This document shows, in pieces, positions 19,621 through 28,243 of a stretch of DNA of 64,000 nucleotides (position 1 is its first letter; every line of letters begins with the position of its first letter). The position numbers and the translations under genes were made by a program. A model generated the notes under the pieces. It had not been told where the DNA came from and made no database searches. It was given only the letters and a program-made list of their open reading frames with translations. The stretch lies in the NCBI GenBank assembly GCA_035524965.1, contig DATLFH010000019.1, forward strand, positions 5,753-69,752. The letters are read 5' to 3'. Origin of the DNA: Gemmatimonadota bacterium (lineage in GTDB: Bacteria > Gemmatimonadota > Gemmatimonadetes > JACCXV01 > JAHWKZ01).

Positions 19621-20564
19621 TGGGCGGGCGGATCCGGCGAGCTAGGGCGCCGCTCGCGCTCGCGGCGGCGGGCAGCATGGCGGCTCTGACAGCGCTCGCT
19701 TCCGCCGGCTGCCGCCAGGATGTGCAAACCGAGGGCTCGGAGCGCCGGGTCGTGGTCCGCTCCGACGGGCGCGCGCTCCCTCCCAGCGTGACGGCTCGAC
19801 AAGGGCTTTCGCTGGGACCGGTCGAGGGCGCCCCCGAGATCGTGATCCTCCCTGAAGGCGAGCCCGAGAGCGCGACCCGGATCGTCTACGAGACCGTGGT
19901 CGAGGAGAGCCCGGATTCGCCGGCGCCGGCCGGCCAGGAGGCCGATCTGGCGGGCGCCGGTGCGACGTTGCCGGTGGTCTACCCCAACGCCGAAGCCGAG
20001 GAACTCCTCCTCCCCGCCGAGCGCACCCAGATCCACTTGACCGCGACGACGACCCTCTCCACGGACGCGAGCGAGGTCGGAGATCCGGTCACGGCCGAGA
20101 CCGCCGAGCCGGTGATCGTCGATGGCGAGGTCGTGATCCCGGAGGGCTCACTCGTCCACGGGCGGGTGAGCGAGATCGAGCGCGGCGAGTACCCGGTCCG
20201 CCGGCCGTCGATCGAGATCGTCTACGACCGGATCGAGACGCCCGACGGCCGGGTGATCCCGATCGACGCGCGCACGTCGGGCGAGGTGGGAACGGTGGTC
20301 CAGCACCCGCGCGGCGATCACGACCGGATGCGGAACATCCTGCTCGGGGCCGGCATCGGGGCGGCGACGGGCGGGGCGACGGGCGGGAAGCGAGGCGCCG
20401 TCCTGGGCGGGGTCGTGGGCGGAACGATCGGAGCCGGGGTCGGGAGCGGGGGCGTCGACTGGTGCGCGGTCCTCCATCCGGGCGACCCCCTGATCATCAT
20501 CTTCAACCGCGACGCGGTCATCCGCCGCGGGCCGTTCCTCATGAACGCGACCGGCCGCGACTAG
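19620..20564 (+). CDS. glycine-zipper domain lipoprotein
   Basis: The ATG overlaps the upstream TGA as TGATG. Lipobox LASAGC and a glycine zipper near the C-terminus. Confidence 0.6.
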   Translation: MGGRIRRARAPLALAAAGSMAALTALASAGCRQDVQTEGSERRVVVRSDGRALPPSVTARQGLSLGPVEGAPEIVILPEGEPESATRIVYETVVEESPDSPAPAGQEADLAGAGATLPVVYPNAEAEELLLPAERTQIHLTATTTLSTDASEVGDPVTAETAEPVIVDGEVVIPEGSLVHGRVSEIERGEYPVRRPSIEIVYDRIETPDGRVIPIDARTSGEVGTVVQHPRGDHDRMRNILLGAGIGAATGGATGGKRGAVLGGVVGGTIGAGVGSGGVDWCAVLHPGDPLIIIFNRDAVIRRGPFLMNATGRD

Positions 20565-20575
20565 GCGCGTGCGGC

Positions 20576-21028
20576 ATGCGGGCGCTGTCGGCCCTTCTCT
20601 GGTCCGTGCTGGCCGCCGGCTGTGTGGTCTACGACTCGGGCCCGGTCGGCCCGGACAGCTCGGGCCGGCCGTTCGTCGAGGGGCGCTGGGACATCGACGC
20701 CTTCGTCTCCTCGAGCACGTGCGGCTTCGTAGGGGATGAGCCCTTCTCGGCCCGGGTCTTCCAGAACCGCGATCGGATCCAGTTCGTCGTCGACATAGCC
20801 GGCTTCGGAGACCTCCGCTACGACGGGTTCCTCGAGCGCGACGGCGACTTCTTCGTACGCCACACGACGTTCTTCCCGGAGGCCGACATCCGCGACTCTT
20901 CCCAGGTCGACGGCCGCTTCTCTTTCAGCGGGCGGAGCCTGACGGCGACCGAGGTCGAGGAGATCACCGACCTGCGGACAGGGCGCACGTGCCGGATCGT
21001 CTGGCGCTGGCGGGGCGACCGGCGCTGA
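20576..21028 (+). CDS. hypothetical lipoprotein
   Basis: MRALSALLWSVLAAGC lipobox. Confidence 0.55.
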   Translation: MRALSALLWSVLAAGCVVYDSGPVGPDSSGRPFVEGRWDIDAFVSSSTCGFVGDEPFSARVFQNRDRIQFVVDIAGFGDLRYDGFLERDGDFFVRHTTFFPEADIRDSSQVDGRFSFSGRSLTATEVEEITDLRTGRTCRIVWRWRGDRR

Positions 21029-21462
21029 CGCCGTCCGAGGCGCCGCCCGAGCTCGAAAGACTCCTCGACCGCTTCGCCGCACTCGGACGCGAGCCGACGA
21101 TGCAGCTCCTCGTCGAGTACGCGAACCGCTTCCCCGAGCTGCCGGCGCGCTACGCCGCACTGGCGGCGGACGAGCGCTACAAGGTCCACGAGTGCATGAC
21201 GCCGGTCTCGCTCTTCAGCGAGGTTGAGGGTGGCGGGATCTGGTTCTACGCCGATGTCCCGCGGAGCGCCCCCACGGTCCGGGCCCTCCTGACGATCTTC
21301 ACTCAGGCGCTGAACGGGAAGCCGCCCGCGGCGGTCCTGGCGATCCCCGCCGACTTCGTGTCGCGGCTGATGCAGAAGGTGGGACTATCGACGCGCGAGC
21401 GGGGCTTGAACGCGATCGTGGCCCGCATGAAGCGCCACGCGGCCGAGGCGCTGGCGGCCTGA
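20989..21462 (+). CDS. sufE: SufE-like sulfur acceptor protein
   Basis: KVHECMTPVSLF conserved-Cys region. The C-terminus ...GLSTRERGLNAIVARMKRHA is SufE-like. Start uncertain. Confidence 0.7.
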   Translation: MPDRLALAGRPALTPSEAPPELERLLDRFAALGREPTMQLLVEYANRFPELPARYAALAADERYKVHECMTPVSLFSEVEGGGIWFYADVPRSAPTVRALLTIFTQALNGKPPAAVLAIPADFVSRLMQKVGLSTRERGLNAIVARMKRHAAEALAA

Positions 21463-21496
21463 GCCGGCGACCGCGCCGCGCGGATCAAAGCCGGTT

Positions 21497-21737
21497 GATC
21501 CCAGAATCCTTCCGGAAGCTCGCCCTCCGGTGGTCGGACGAGACCCGCCTCGATCAGCTTCTGTAGATTGGCAGCGTGCCGCTCCGCGGAGTTCAGCGGT
21601 GCCAGTTTGGCCACCGGTGTGCCGCGCTCGGTGACGATGACCTCCTCGCCGTTCTTGACGGCGCGGAGGAACTCGCTGAGCCGGGCCTGCCGGCGCTCGG
21701 CGCCATTCGAACAAACCCGCTCCGGGCGGCGTCTCAT
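21497..21737 (-). CDS. Phd/YefM-VapB-like antitoxin, orphan or remnant (no toxin gene)
   Basis: RLSEFLRAVKNGEEVIVTERGTPVAKLAPL followed by ...LIEAGLVRPPEGELPEGFWD. The ORF has no stop before 21303, so it would overlap sufE; boundaries are approximate. Confidence 0.3.
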
Positions 21738-21789
21738 TGGTGACGATCGCGATCCATTGACTTCGATCCGGCCCGGGGGCGTCTGCACG

Positions 21790-22308
21790 GTGAGCGATCT
21801 CGTCGAGCGCGCCCAGCGGGGCGAGGCGGGGGCCTTCGACCGACTCTATCGGGAGCACGTCGAGCGGGTGTACGCGATCTGTCTCCGCCTGTCGGCCGAT
21901 CCGTTGCGGGCCGAGGGACTGACCCAGGACGTGTTCGTTCGCGCCTGGCGCCGGCTGGATTCGTTCCGGGGCGAGAGCCGGTTCTCGACCTGGCTCCATC
22001 GGATCGCGGTCAACGCCTTCATGGAGGACCACCGGTCGATGACGCGGCGCGGCCGGCGGATCGAGACGACCGGACCCGGAGGCCTGGAGGCGTACTCGAT
22101 CGCCATTCAGAGCGGTGCTCCAGACACGCGGCTCGATCTCGAACGGGCGATCGCGGCGCTGCCCCGGGGAGCGAGAACGATGATCGTCCTGCACGATGTC
22201 GAAGGGTACCGTTACGAGGAGGTCGCCGCGCTGACCGGCGTCGCCCTCGGAACGGTCAAGTCGCAGATCCACCGCGGGCGAAGGCTCCTGAGGGAGGCGC
22301 TCGGATGA
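21790..22308 (+). CDS. ECF sigma factor
   Basis: GTG start. Regions 2 and 4 present (DVFVRAWRRL; VLHDVEGYRYEEVAALTG). Confidence 0.8.
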   Translation: MSDLVERAQRGEAGAFDRLYREHVERVYAICLRLSADPLRAEGLTQDVFVRAWRRLDSFRGESRFSTWLHRIAVNAFMEDHRSMTRRGRRIETTGPGGLEAYSIAIQSGAPDTRLDLERAIAALPRGARTMIVLHDVEGYRYEEVAALTGVALGTVKSQIHRGRRLLREALG

Positions 22309-23012
22309 ACCGGTCCCACCTTTCGGAAGAGAGGCTCAACGACTACGCCGAAGGCGCCCTGGCGCCGGCCGACCGGCAGGCGGTCGAGGACCATCTGGCG
22401 GCCTGCGCGGACTGCCGGGCGGAAGCCGCGGGCCTGCGCACGCTGCTCGCGGATCTGGAGCGGCTCCCGCGGGAGGTCCATCCGCCCCGGGACCTCCTGC
22501 CGCAGATCGAGACGGCGGCCCGCCGGCCGGAGGTCGTGCCAATCGATCGGGAGGGCTCGCGCGACCGGGCGGGCTCACGCGGCCGGAGCTTGCGGGACCT
22601 CCGCGCTCCGCTGGCGGCCGCCGCCCTGGGGCTCGTCGTCGTGACCGCGGCGGCTACCTTCCTTTTCGTCCAGAGTCGCGGCCCGGAGCCGATCGCCGAG
22701 CGGGCGCCGGGGGTCGCGGGTTCGCCCGCGCCCGGCGACTTCCCGGCCGGATTCCGCGCCGTCGCAAACGAATACGACCGGGCGATCGGCGAGCTCACGG
22801 CCACACTCGAGTCGCACAGCGCCGACCTCGACCCGCTGACCGTCCGGCTGGTCGAGGAAAACCTGCGGATCATCGACCGGGCGATCCGCGAATCCCGCGC
22901 CGCGCTCGATGCCGATCCCGGAAACGAGCTCCTGCGACATCTCGTCGTCGCGTCCTACGAGCGAAAGCTCGATCTCCTGCGGCAGGCGACGCAGCCGCCG
23001 GCCCCGCTGTGA
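22305..23012 (+). CDS. zinc-finger (ZAS-type) anti-sigma factor
   Basis: HLAACADCR motif and one TM. ATGA overlap with the sigma gene. Confidence 0.75.
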   Translation: MNRSHLSEERLNDYAEGALAPADRQAVEDHLAACADCRAEAAGLRTLLADLERLPREVHPPRDLLPQIETAARRPEVVPIDREGSRDRAGSRGRSLRDLRAPLAAAALGLVVVTAAATFLFVQSRGPEPIAERAPGVAGSPAPGDFPAGFRAVANEYDRAIGELTATLESHSADLDPLTVRLVEENLRIIDRAIRESRAALDADPGNELLRHLVVASYERKLDLLRQATQPPAPL

Positions 23013-23902
23013 GCGCGGTCATGAAGAGCCTGGCTTCGATCCTGCTCGTTCTGGCGACCGCCGGGACCGCCTCTGCGCAGGACGAGGTGAATCGCCGGAT
23101 CGGAATCGACGCCCACGCCTACATCAAAGTCTACCTGCTGGAAGGGTCGGTGCGGGTCGTCGGCTGGGATCGGGACTCCCTGGCCGTGAGCGGTACGGTC
23201 GCAACGGGGCGACTCTTCTTCGGCGGCGCGGGGAAGAGCGCCAAGCTCGGGGTCTGGGACGATAACCTGGAGTCTGGTAGCGCCGATCTCGAGGTCCGCG
23301 TTCCCGCGACCAGCACGATATGGATCAAGTCCCACGAGGCGGACGTCAGCGTGTCCGGCGTCACCGGCGGGGTCGATGCGTACTCGGTGACCGGCGACGT
23401 GCGTGTTGCGGGGACGCTACGGCACCTCTACGCCGAGTCGATGGGCGGCGCGATCGAGATCACGGCCTCCGCACCCTCCGTACGGGCCAAGACGGCAGGC
23501 GGCTGGATCACCTTCAGGGGGAGCGGCGACGACCTCACGCTCTCGACCGTCGCCGGTACGATCGACGCAGCCGCCCGCCGGAACCCCCTGCGGGCGAGGA
23601 TCGAGACCGTCACCGGCGACATCCGCTTCGCGGGCGGCGTCCAGCCCGGCGGCGCCCTCGCTTTTCAGACCCACAGCGGCGCCGTCGACATCCAGCTCCC
23701 GGGTGATCTGGGCGCCGAGGTGGCGGTCGCGACGATCGAGGGTGAAATCGCCAATGGGCTACGCGTGGCAGCGGGGGGAGAGCGCGATCTGCGGGGACGG
23801 GAGCTCAGCTTCCTGACGGGAGAGGGGGGCGCGCAGGTCACCGTACGGACCTTCAGCGGTGACGTGACCCTGAGCGCGAGTGAGATAGCGATCGAGAGAT
23901 AG
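23009..23902 (+). CDS. DUF4097 putative adhesin / beta-helix protein
   Basis: Signal peptide. Repeated G.V.V...GD..V pattern typical of DUF4097 proteins found after ECF modules. Confidence 0.7.
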   Translation: MSAVMKSLASILLVLATAGTASAQDEVNRRIGIDAHAYIKVYLLEGSVRVVGWDRDSLAVSGTVATGRLFFGGAGKSAKLGVWDDNLESGSADLEVRVPATSTIWIKSHEADVSVSGVTGGVDAYSVTGDVRVAGTLRHLYAESMGGAIEITASAPSVRAKTAGGWITFRGSGDDLTLSTVAGTIDAAARRNPLRARIETVTGDIRFAGGVQPGGALAFQTHSGAVDIQLPGDLGAEVAVATIEGEIANGLRVAAGGERDLRGRELSFLTGEGGAQVTVRTFSGDVTLSASEIAIER

Positions 23903-24007
23903 TCCGAGAGAGATAGCCGGCTCGCGAACCTGCCCTTCGAACCTTTTCAGCCGTTCCGACCGTCCAAGATGCGAACCACACCCCGAACCCGACAGAGGAG
24001 GCTACTC

Positions 24008-24610
24008 ATGTCGATCCGATCCCTGCCCTTCGTTCGCACCGGCCTGGCGCTGTTCCTGGGCCTTTTGCTGACCGCTCCCGTGCTGGCTGGACCCCCCTGG
24101 ATCTCGATCGAGATCCCGGCCAACCCGCACGACCGCGCCACGCGCGGCGCATTGCTGGTCGTCCACGCCTACCATCACGGCGACAACGTCGCCTACCCCC
24201 TGACCGGCACCGCCGAGGGGCTGGTGGACGGGAAGCGGGTGTCGCTGCCGCTCTCGATCACGCGCACCGGCTCCGCCGGCGTCTACGCGGTCGCTCCGCC
24301 GGATCTTCCCGCGGGAAGCTGGATCCTGGTGCTCCGGCTCGCCGCCGGCGAGGGGTCCGGCGCCACCGCGCTCGTCCGCCTCGACGGTCGGGGGGAGATC
24401 GCGGGGGTCCGAGTGCCGAGCGACTCACGTGAGGGCTGGACGATCCCGCGCCCTGTGACGGGCGGCGAGATCGACGATCTCCTCCAGCGGGGGGGGCTCG
24501 CGAGCACGGACGGCCCTTCCGCGAGCGCGCTCGCCGCGGGCTTCGGGGCGACGATCCTCGTCCCCTTCGTGCTGTTCCGCCTCCACCGCCGGCGCGGCGA
24601 AGGCCGCTAG
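24008..24610 (+). CDS. hypothetical secreted protein with C-terminal membrane anchor
   Basis: Signal peptide and a C-terminal TM followed by RRRGEGR. Confidence 0.5.
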   Translation: MSIRSLPFVRTGLALFLGLLLTAPVLAGPPWISIEIPANPHDRATRGALLVVHAYHHGDNVAYPLTGTAEGLVDGKRVSLPLSITRTGSAGVYAVAPPDLPAGSWILVLRLAAGEGSGATALVRLDGRGEIAGVRVPSDSREGWTIPRPVTGGEIDDLLQRGGLASTDGPSASALAAGFGATILVPFVLFRLHRRRGEGR

Positions 24611-24620
24611 CGGGCCCGGC

Positions 24621-25070
24621 TCAGCCCCCGCGGTTCACGGAGAGCGTCGCGACGTAGCTGCGCTGCCGTATGGGCTCGGTGGAGAGAGGGTCAGGATCGA
24701 GCTGGACCAGGCGAATCTCGTGGTCCGCGTGGACGACCGCTTTCGGCTCCAATGTGGTGTGGAGGGCGATCACCTCGGCGGACCGGCGGCCGATCGTGAC
24801 CTCGAGCACGACCGCGGCGTCCCCCTCCCAGATACAGTCGACGTCGACCGGGCACCGGGAGTCCTCGCGGACCTCCCGGAACAGGATCGCCAGGCCGTCC
24901 TCTCCCACTTCCACGCGCTCGCCGACCCTGATCTCGAAATCGCGGCCGAGCTCGATTGTACCCAGAGTCGGATCCGAGTCGGTCGGCGCGAGACCGTTGC
25001 CGCTCGAGCATGAGAGCGCCGCTGCGAGCCCGATCACGAAGGTCAACCGCGGGACGCTCACACCGTTCAT
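24621..25070 (-). CDS. hypothetical lipoprotein
   Basis: MNGVSVPRLTFVIGLAAALSC lipobox. Confidence 0.5.
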   Translation of the reverse strand: MNGVSVPRLTFVIGLAAALSCSSGNGLAPTDSDPTLGTIELGRDFEIRVGERVEVGEDGLAILFREVREDSRCPVDVDCIWEGDAAVVLEVTIGRRSAEVIALHTTLEPKAVVHADHEIRLVQLDPDPLSTEPIRQRSYVATLSVNRGG

Positions 25071-25108
25071 CGTACGGACCAAATTACCCGATGGCCTGAC
25101 CGGTTGAA

Positions 25109-25987
25109 TTACTTCTCGATCGGCGCCCGCACGACGTTCCCCCACTCGGTCCAGGAGCCGTCGTAGTTGCGCACGTTGTCGAAGCCGAGGAGATAGTTGA
25201 GCACGTACCAGGTGTGGGAGCTCCGCTCCCCGATCCGGCAGTAGGCGATGACCTCGTCGCTAGGATCGAGCGCCTGCTCGTCGCAGTAGATCGTCTTGAG
25301 CCGGTCGGCCGGCAGGAACGTGTGCGTCTCGGGATCGACCGCGCGCGCCCAGGGGACGTTCTTCGCCCGCGGGATGTGGCCGCCCCGGAGCGCCCCTTCC
25401 TGAGGGTACTCGGGCATGTGGAGGAGCTCGCCCCGGTACTCCTGCGGGCTGCGGACATCGACGAGCTGCCCCTTCTTCTCGACGTGCTCGACGACCTCGT
25501 CGCGGAACGCGCGGATCTTCGCGTCGTCGCGCTCCGGCGTGGGGTAGTCCTTTGATTTGTACTTCGGGACCTGGGTCGTCATCTCGCGGCCCTCGACCTC
25601 CCACTTCGCGCGCCCGCCGTCCATGACCCGGCAGTCCTCGTGACCGAAGAGCTTGAAGACCCAGAGCGCGTAGGTCGCCCACCAGTTGTTCTTGTCGCCG
25701 TAGAACACGACCGTGGTGTCGCGCGCGATCCCGAGCCGGTCCATGAGATCGGCGAATCGCTCGGGATCGACGTAATCGCGGATCAGGGAGTCGTTCAGGT
25801 CCGTGTGCCAGTCGACCTTGACCGCGCCCGGGATGTGGTCCGTGTCGTAGAGGAGGACGTCCTCGTTGGACTCAACCAGACGGACCGTATCATCTTCCAG
25901 ATGTTCCGCGACCCAGTCGGTCGATACGAGCGCCTCCGGATGGGTGTACCCTCGCTGCTCGATATCAACAACTTTACTTGTAAACAT
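25109..25987 (-). CDS. thiosulfate / 3-mercaptopyruvate sulfurtransferase (double rhodanese)
   Basis: Two rhodanese domains with the active-site loop CRIGERSS. Confidence 0.85.
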   Translation of the reverse strand: MFTSKVVDIEQRGYTHPEALVSTDWVAEHLEDDTVRLVESNEDVLLYDTDHIPGAVKVDWHTDLNDSLIRDYVDPERFADLMDRLGIARDTTVVFYGDKNNWWATYALWVFKLFGHEDCRVMDGGRAKWEVEGREMTTQVPKYKSKDYPTPERDDAKIRAFRDEVVEHVEKKGQLVDVRSPQEYRGELLHMPEYPQEGALRGGHIPRAKNVPWARAVDPETHTFLPADRLKTIYCDEQALDPSDEVIAYCRIGERSSHTWYVLNYLLGFDNVRNYDGSWTEWGNVVRAPIEK

Positions 25988-26010
25988 TCCGGCTCCCTTG
26001 GTTGAATCCT

Positions 26011-27318
26011 TCAGACGGGCAGACCGCGCGCGCGCAGGAAGTCCAGCGTGCGGCGGGTCGCCCCGGCGTGGTCCTCGAGGAACTGTCGCGCGGCCGTTCC
26101 GGACCGCCGGCGGGATTCCGGGTCGGACAGCCACGCTCGCCATAATGTCATCAGTTCGGGGGTCGAACGCACGTTCGCCAGACCGCCCGATGCCCGCATC
26201 GCCTGCACCTCGTGGGGATTCCCGTGATCGGAACCGGTCACCACTGGAACCGCGTGGGCGGCCGGCTCCAGCGTGTTGTGGACGGCGCCGCCGAAGCCGC
26301 CCCCGACGTAGGCGAGATCGGCCACACCGTAGAGACGATACAGGATCCCGATCCGATCAACGATGAGGACAGCCGGTCCTTCGCCCGATGGAGCCTCGTC
26401 CGTGATAAGGCCGGCCTGGAGGCCGTGAGCGCGTGCCTTCCGGATGAGCCGCTCGATCGCGTCCGGGGTCGGCTCGTGCGGCGCGATGACGGCGATCAGC
26501 CGCGGGTGCTCCCGCCGGAGACGGGCCACGGCCTCCAGCAGGACGGCCTCGTCGGCCGGCCAGGTGCTCCCCGCTACGACGACCGGCCCAACGTCCGGGG
26601 CGGGGCGCCAGGGCGGCGGCTCGGCGCGGGCCGCATCGAGCCGCGCCAGCGTCGCATCGATCCGCGTATCACCGGTGACGCCGACGATCTTGCTCGGGAT
26701 GCCGGCCTCTCGCAGCCGGTCGGCATCCTCCGGAGCCACCACCGCGATCGCGCGAAACTCGCGGTAGAGCAATCGCGTCAGCGCGCGGAGGGGCGGGCGC
26801 AGCCGTCGGCTCCCTCCCGCCACCCTGCAGCAGACCTGGGCGAGGAGGGTTCCCCGTTCGGCCGCCGTCCAGACCAGGTTCGGCCACAGCTCCCCCGAGA
26901 CCAGCACGAGCGCGCCGGGGTCGATCGCCTCGACGACGCGGCGGACGGAGCGAGGGAAGTCGAACGGCAGATAATCGGCCGCGTCCGGTACGGGCCATCC
27001 GGCATGAACCCGCTCGGCCGAGGTCGAGAAGTAGGAGGCGAAGATCGCCGCCTCCGGCTGCTCGCCTCGTATCGCTTCTACCAGCGGCCGCGCTTGCAGC
27101 GTCTCGCCGGCGCTGGCCGCGTGGACCCAGATCCGCGGCCCCCGCCCCGCGGTCCGCGCCGCGGCCGCCTCCCAGCGCGCTTCGACCCCCTTCCGCGCGG
27201 CCATCTCCCGTGCCAGCCGCGGGCGCACGCGCGCGAGGCCGCCCAGAGCGACGCGCGACGCGGGGACGGCAAGGCCGTTGTAGACCCATCGCGAAAGCCT
27301 GCCGCCCGGCGCGCTCAT
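26011..27318 (-). CDS. waaA: 3-deoxy-D-manno-octulosonic-acid transferase
   Basis: Full-length KdtA-like sequence (Glycos_transf_N plus a GT-B C-terminal domain). Confidence 0.85.
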   Translation of the reverse strand: MSAPGGRLSRWVYNGLAVPASRVALGGLARVRPRLAREMAARKGVEARWEAAAARTAGRGPRIWVHAASAGETLQARPLVEAIRGEQPEAAIFASYFSTSAERVHAGWPVPDAADYLPFDFPRSVRRVVEAIDPGALVLVSGELWPNLVWTAAERGTLLAQVCCRVAGGSRRLRPPLRALTRLLYREFRAIAVVAPEDADRLREAGIPSKIVGVTGDTRIDATLARLDAARAEPPPWRPAPDVGPVVVAGSTWPADEAVLLEAVARLRREHPRLIAVIAPHEPTPDAIERLIRKARAHGLQAGLITDEAPSGEGPAVLIVDRIGILYRLYGVADLAYVGGGFGGAVHNTLEPAAHAVPVVTGSDHGNPHEVQAMRASGGLANVRSTPELMTLWRAWLSDPESRRRSGTAARQFLEDHAGATRRTLDFLRARGLPV

Positions 27319-27518
27319 CCCTCCCTGTCGCCGGTAAAGAAAACGTAGCGGTCCGCAGCGCTGTTGAGAATGCCGCGGAAGACGCGTCCGGCAAGGCGGG
27401 TTGGGTCGATGGCACGCGCGATTTCCCGCCCTTCCCGATCACGAATCGCCCAGCCCAATCGCTGCGTCAAAGTCCCGATCGGCCCGCCGTCCGGCGCGAC
27501 GACATCGAACCGCCGCAC
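27315..27518 (-). CDS. hypothetical protein; probably the 3' part of a longer, possibly frameshifted gene
   Basis: GTG-start ORF whose frame stays open upstream to at least 27749 (the limit of my manual translation) with no ATG/GTG/TTG. A neighbouring frame carries an ATG at 27737. Confidence 0.3.
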   Translation of the reverse strand: MRRFDVVAPDGGPIGTLTQRLGWAIRDREGREIARAIDPTRLAGRVFRGILNSAADRYVFFTGDREG

Positions 27519-27744
27519 GGCGACCCATCGACGACGGGGAACGAGGCGGAAGGCGAGGTGCTCCCGGCCGGGAACCGGATGGAACGTGGTCGGACCCTTC
27601 AGGCCGTAGTGGGCGACGTCGGACCGGCCGGCGGGAGCTCCGTCCGGTCCAGAGACGTGATAGCTCGCCGTGTAACCCTCCCCCCAATAACGACGAAAGC
27701 CGGAAGTCTCCCTCCGGCTCTCACAGCGAAACTCATGTATTGCG

Positions 27745-28056
27745 CTAGATCGCGTCGACGCGCACGATCCCGGGTACCATCTCCTGGAGCCGCTGCTCGA
27801 TCCCGCGCTTGAGGGTCATCGTGCTCATGGGGCACCCGCCGCAGGCGCCCATCATCCGCAGCGTCACGACACCCTCCTCGATGTCGAGGAGCTCGACGTT
27901 GCCGCCGTCCATCGCGATCGCGGGGCGGATCGTGTCAAGCGCTTCCTCGACCCGCTCGCGCAGGGCCTCGTTGTCGATGTCGGTCGTCCCCACTTCGGCC
28001 TCTGTCACCGCCGTCGCGGGCCGTCCGTCGTTCGCGCGATCCGTAGCTTCGGGCAT
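27745..28056 (-). CDS. NifU-like Fe-S cluster assembly protein
   Basis: C-terminal GACGGCPMSTMTLKRGIE motif. 103 aa from MPEATD; the upstream part of the ORF is junk. Confidence 0.8.
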   Translation of the reverse strand: MPEATDRANDGRPATAVTEAEVGTTDIDNEALRERVEEALDTIRPAIAMDGGNVELLDIEEGVVTLRMMGACGGCPMSTMTLKRGIEQRLQEMVPGIVRVDAI

Positions 28057-28243
28057 GTCGAATGCACCTCCCATACGATTCGAAATCAAGTTGGAAGATA
28101 CCGCGCGCGAACGCTTCAACGCAAGCTTGGGAGGGTCGGCGGATCGCCTTCCGTGGCGCCCTCGGGCACGGTCCCGTAGCGCACGCCAGGCGCGATGCGA
28201 GGTGCGGCTGCCTCCGATGGGTGTAGACCGTACATTCGGGCCG

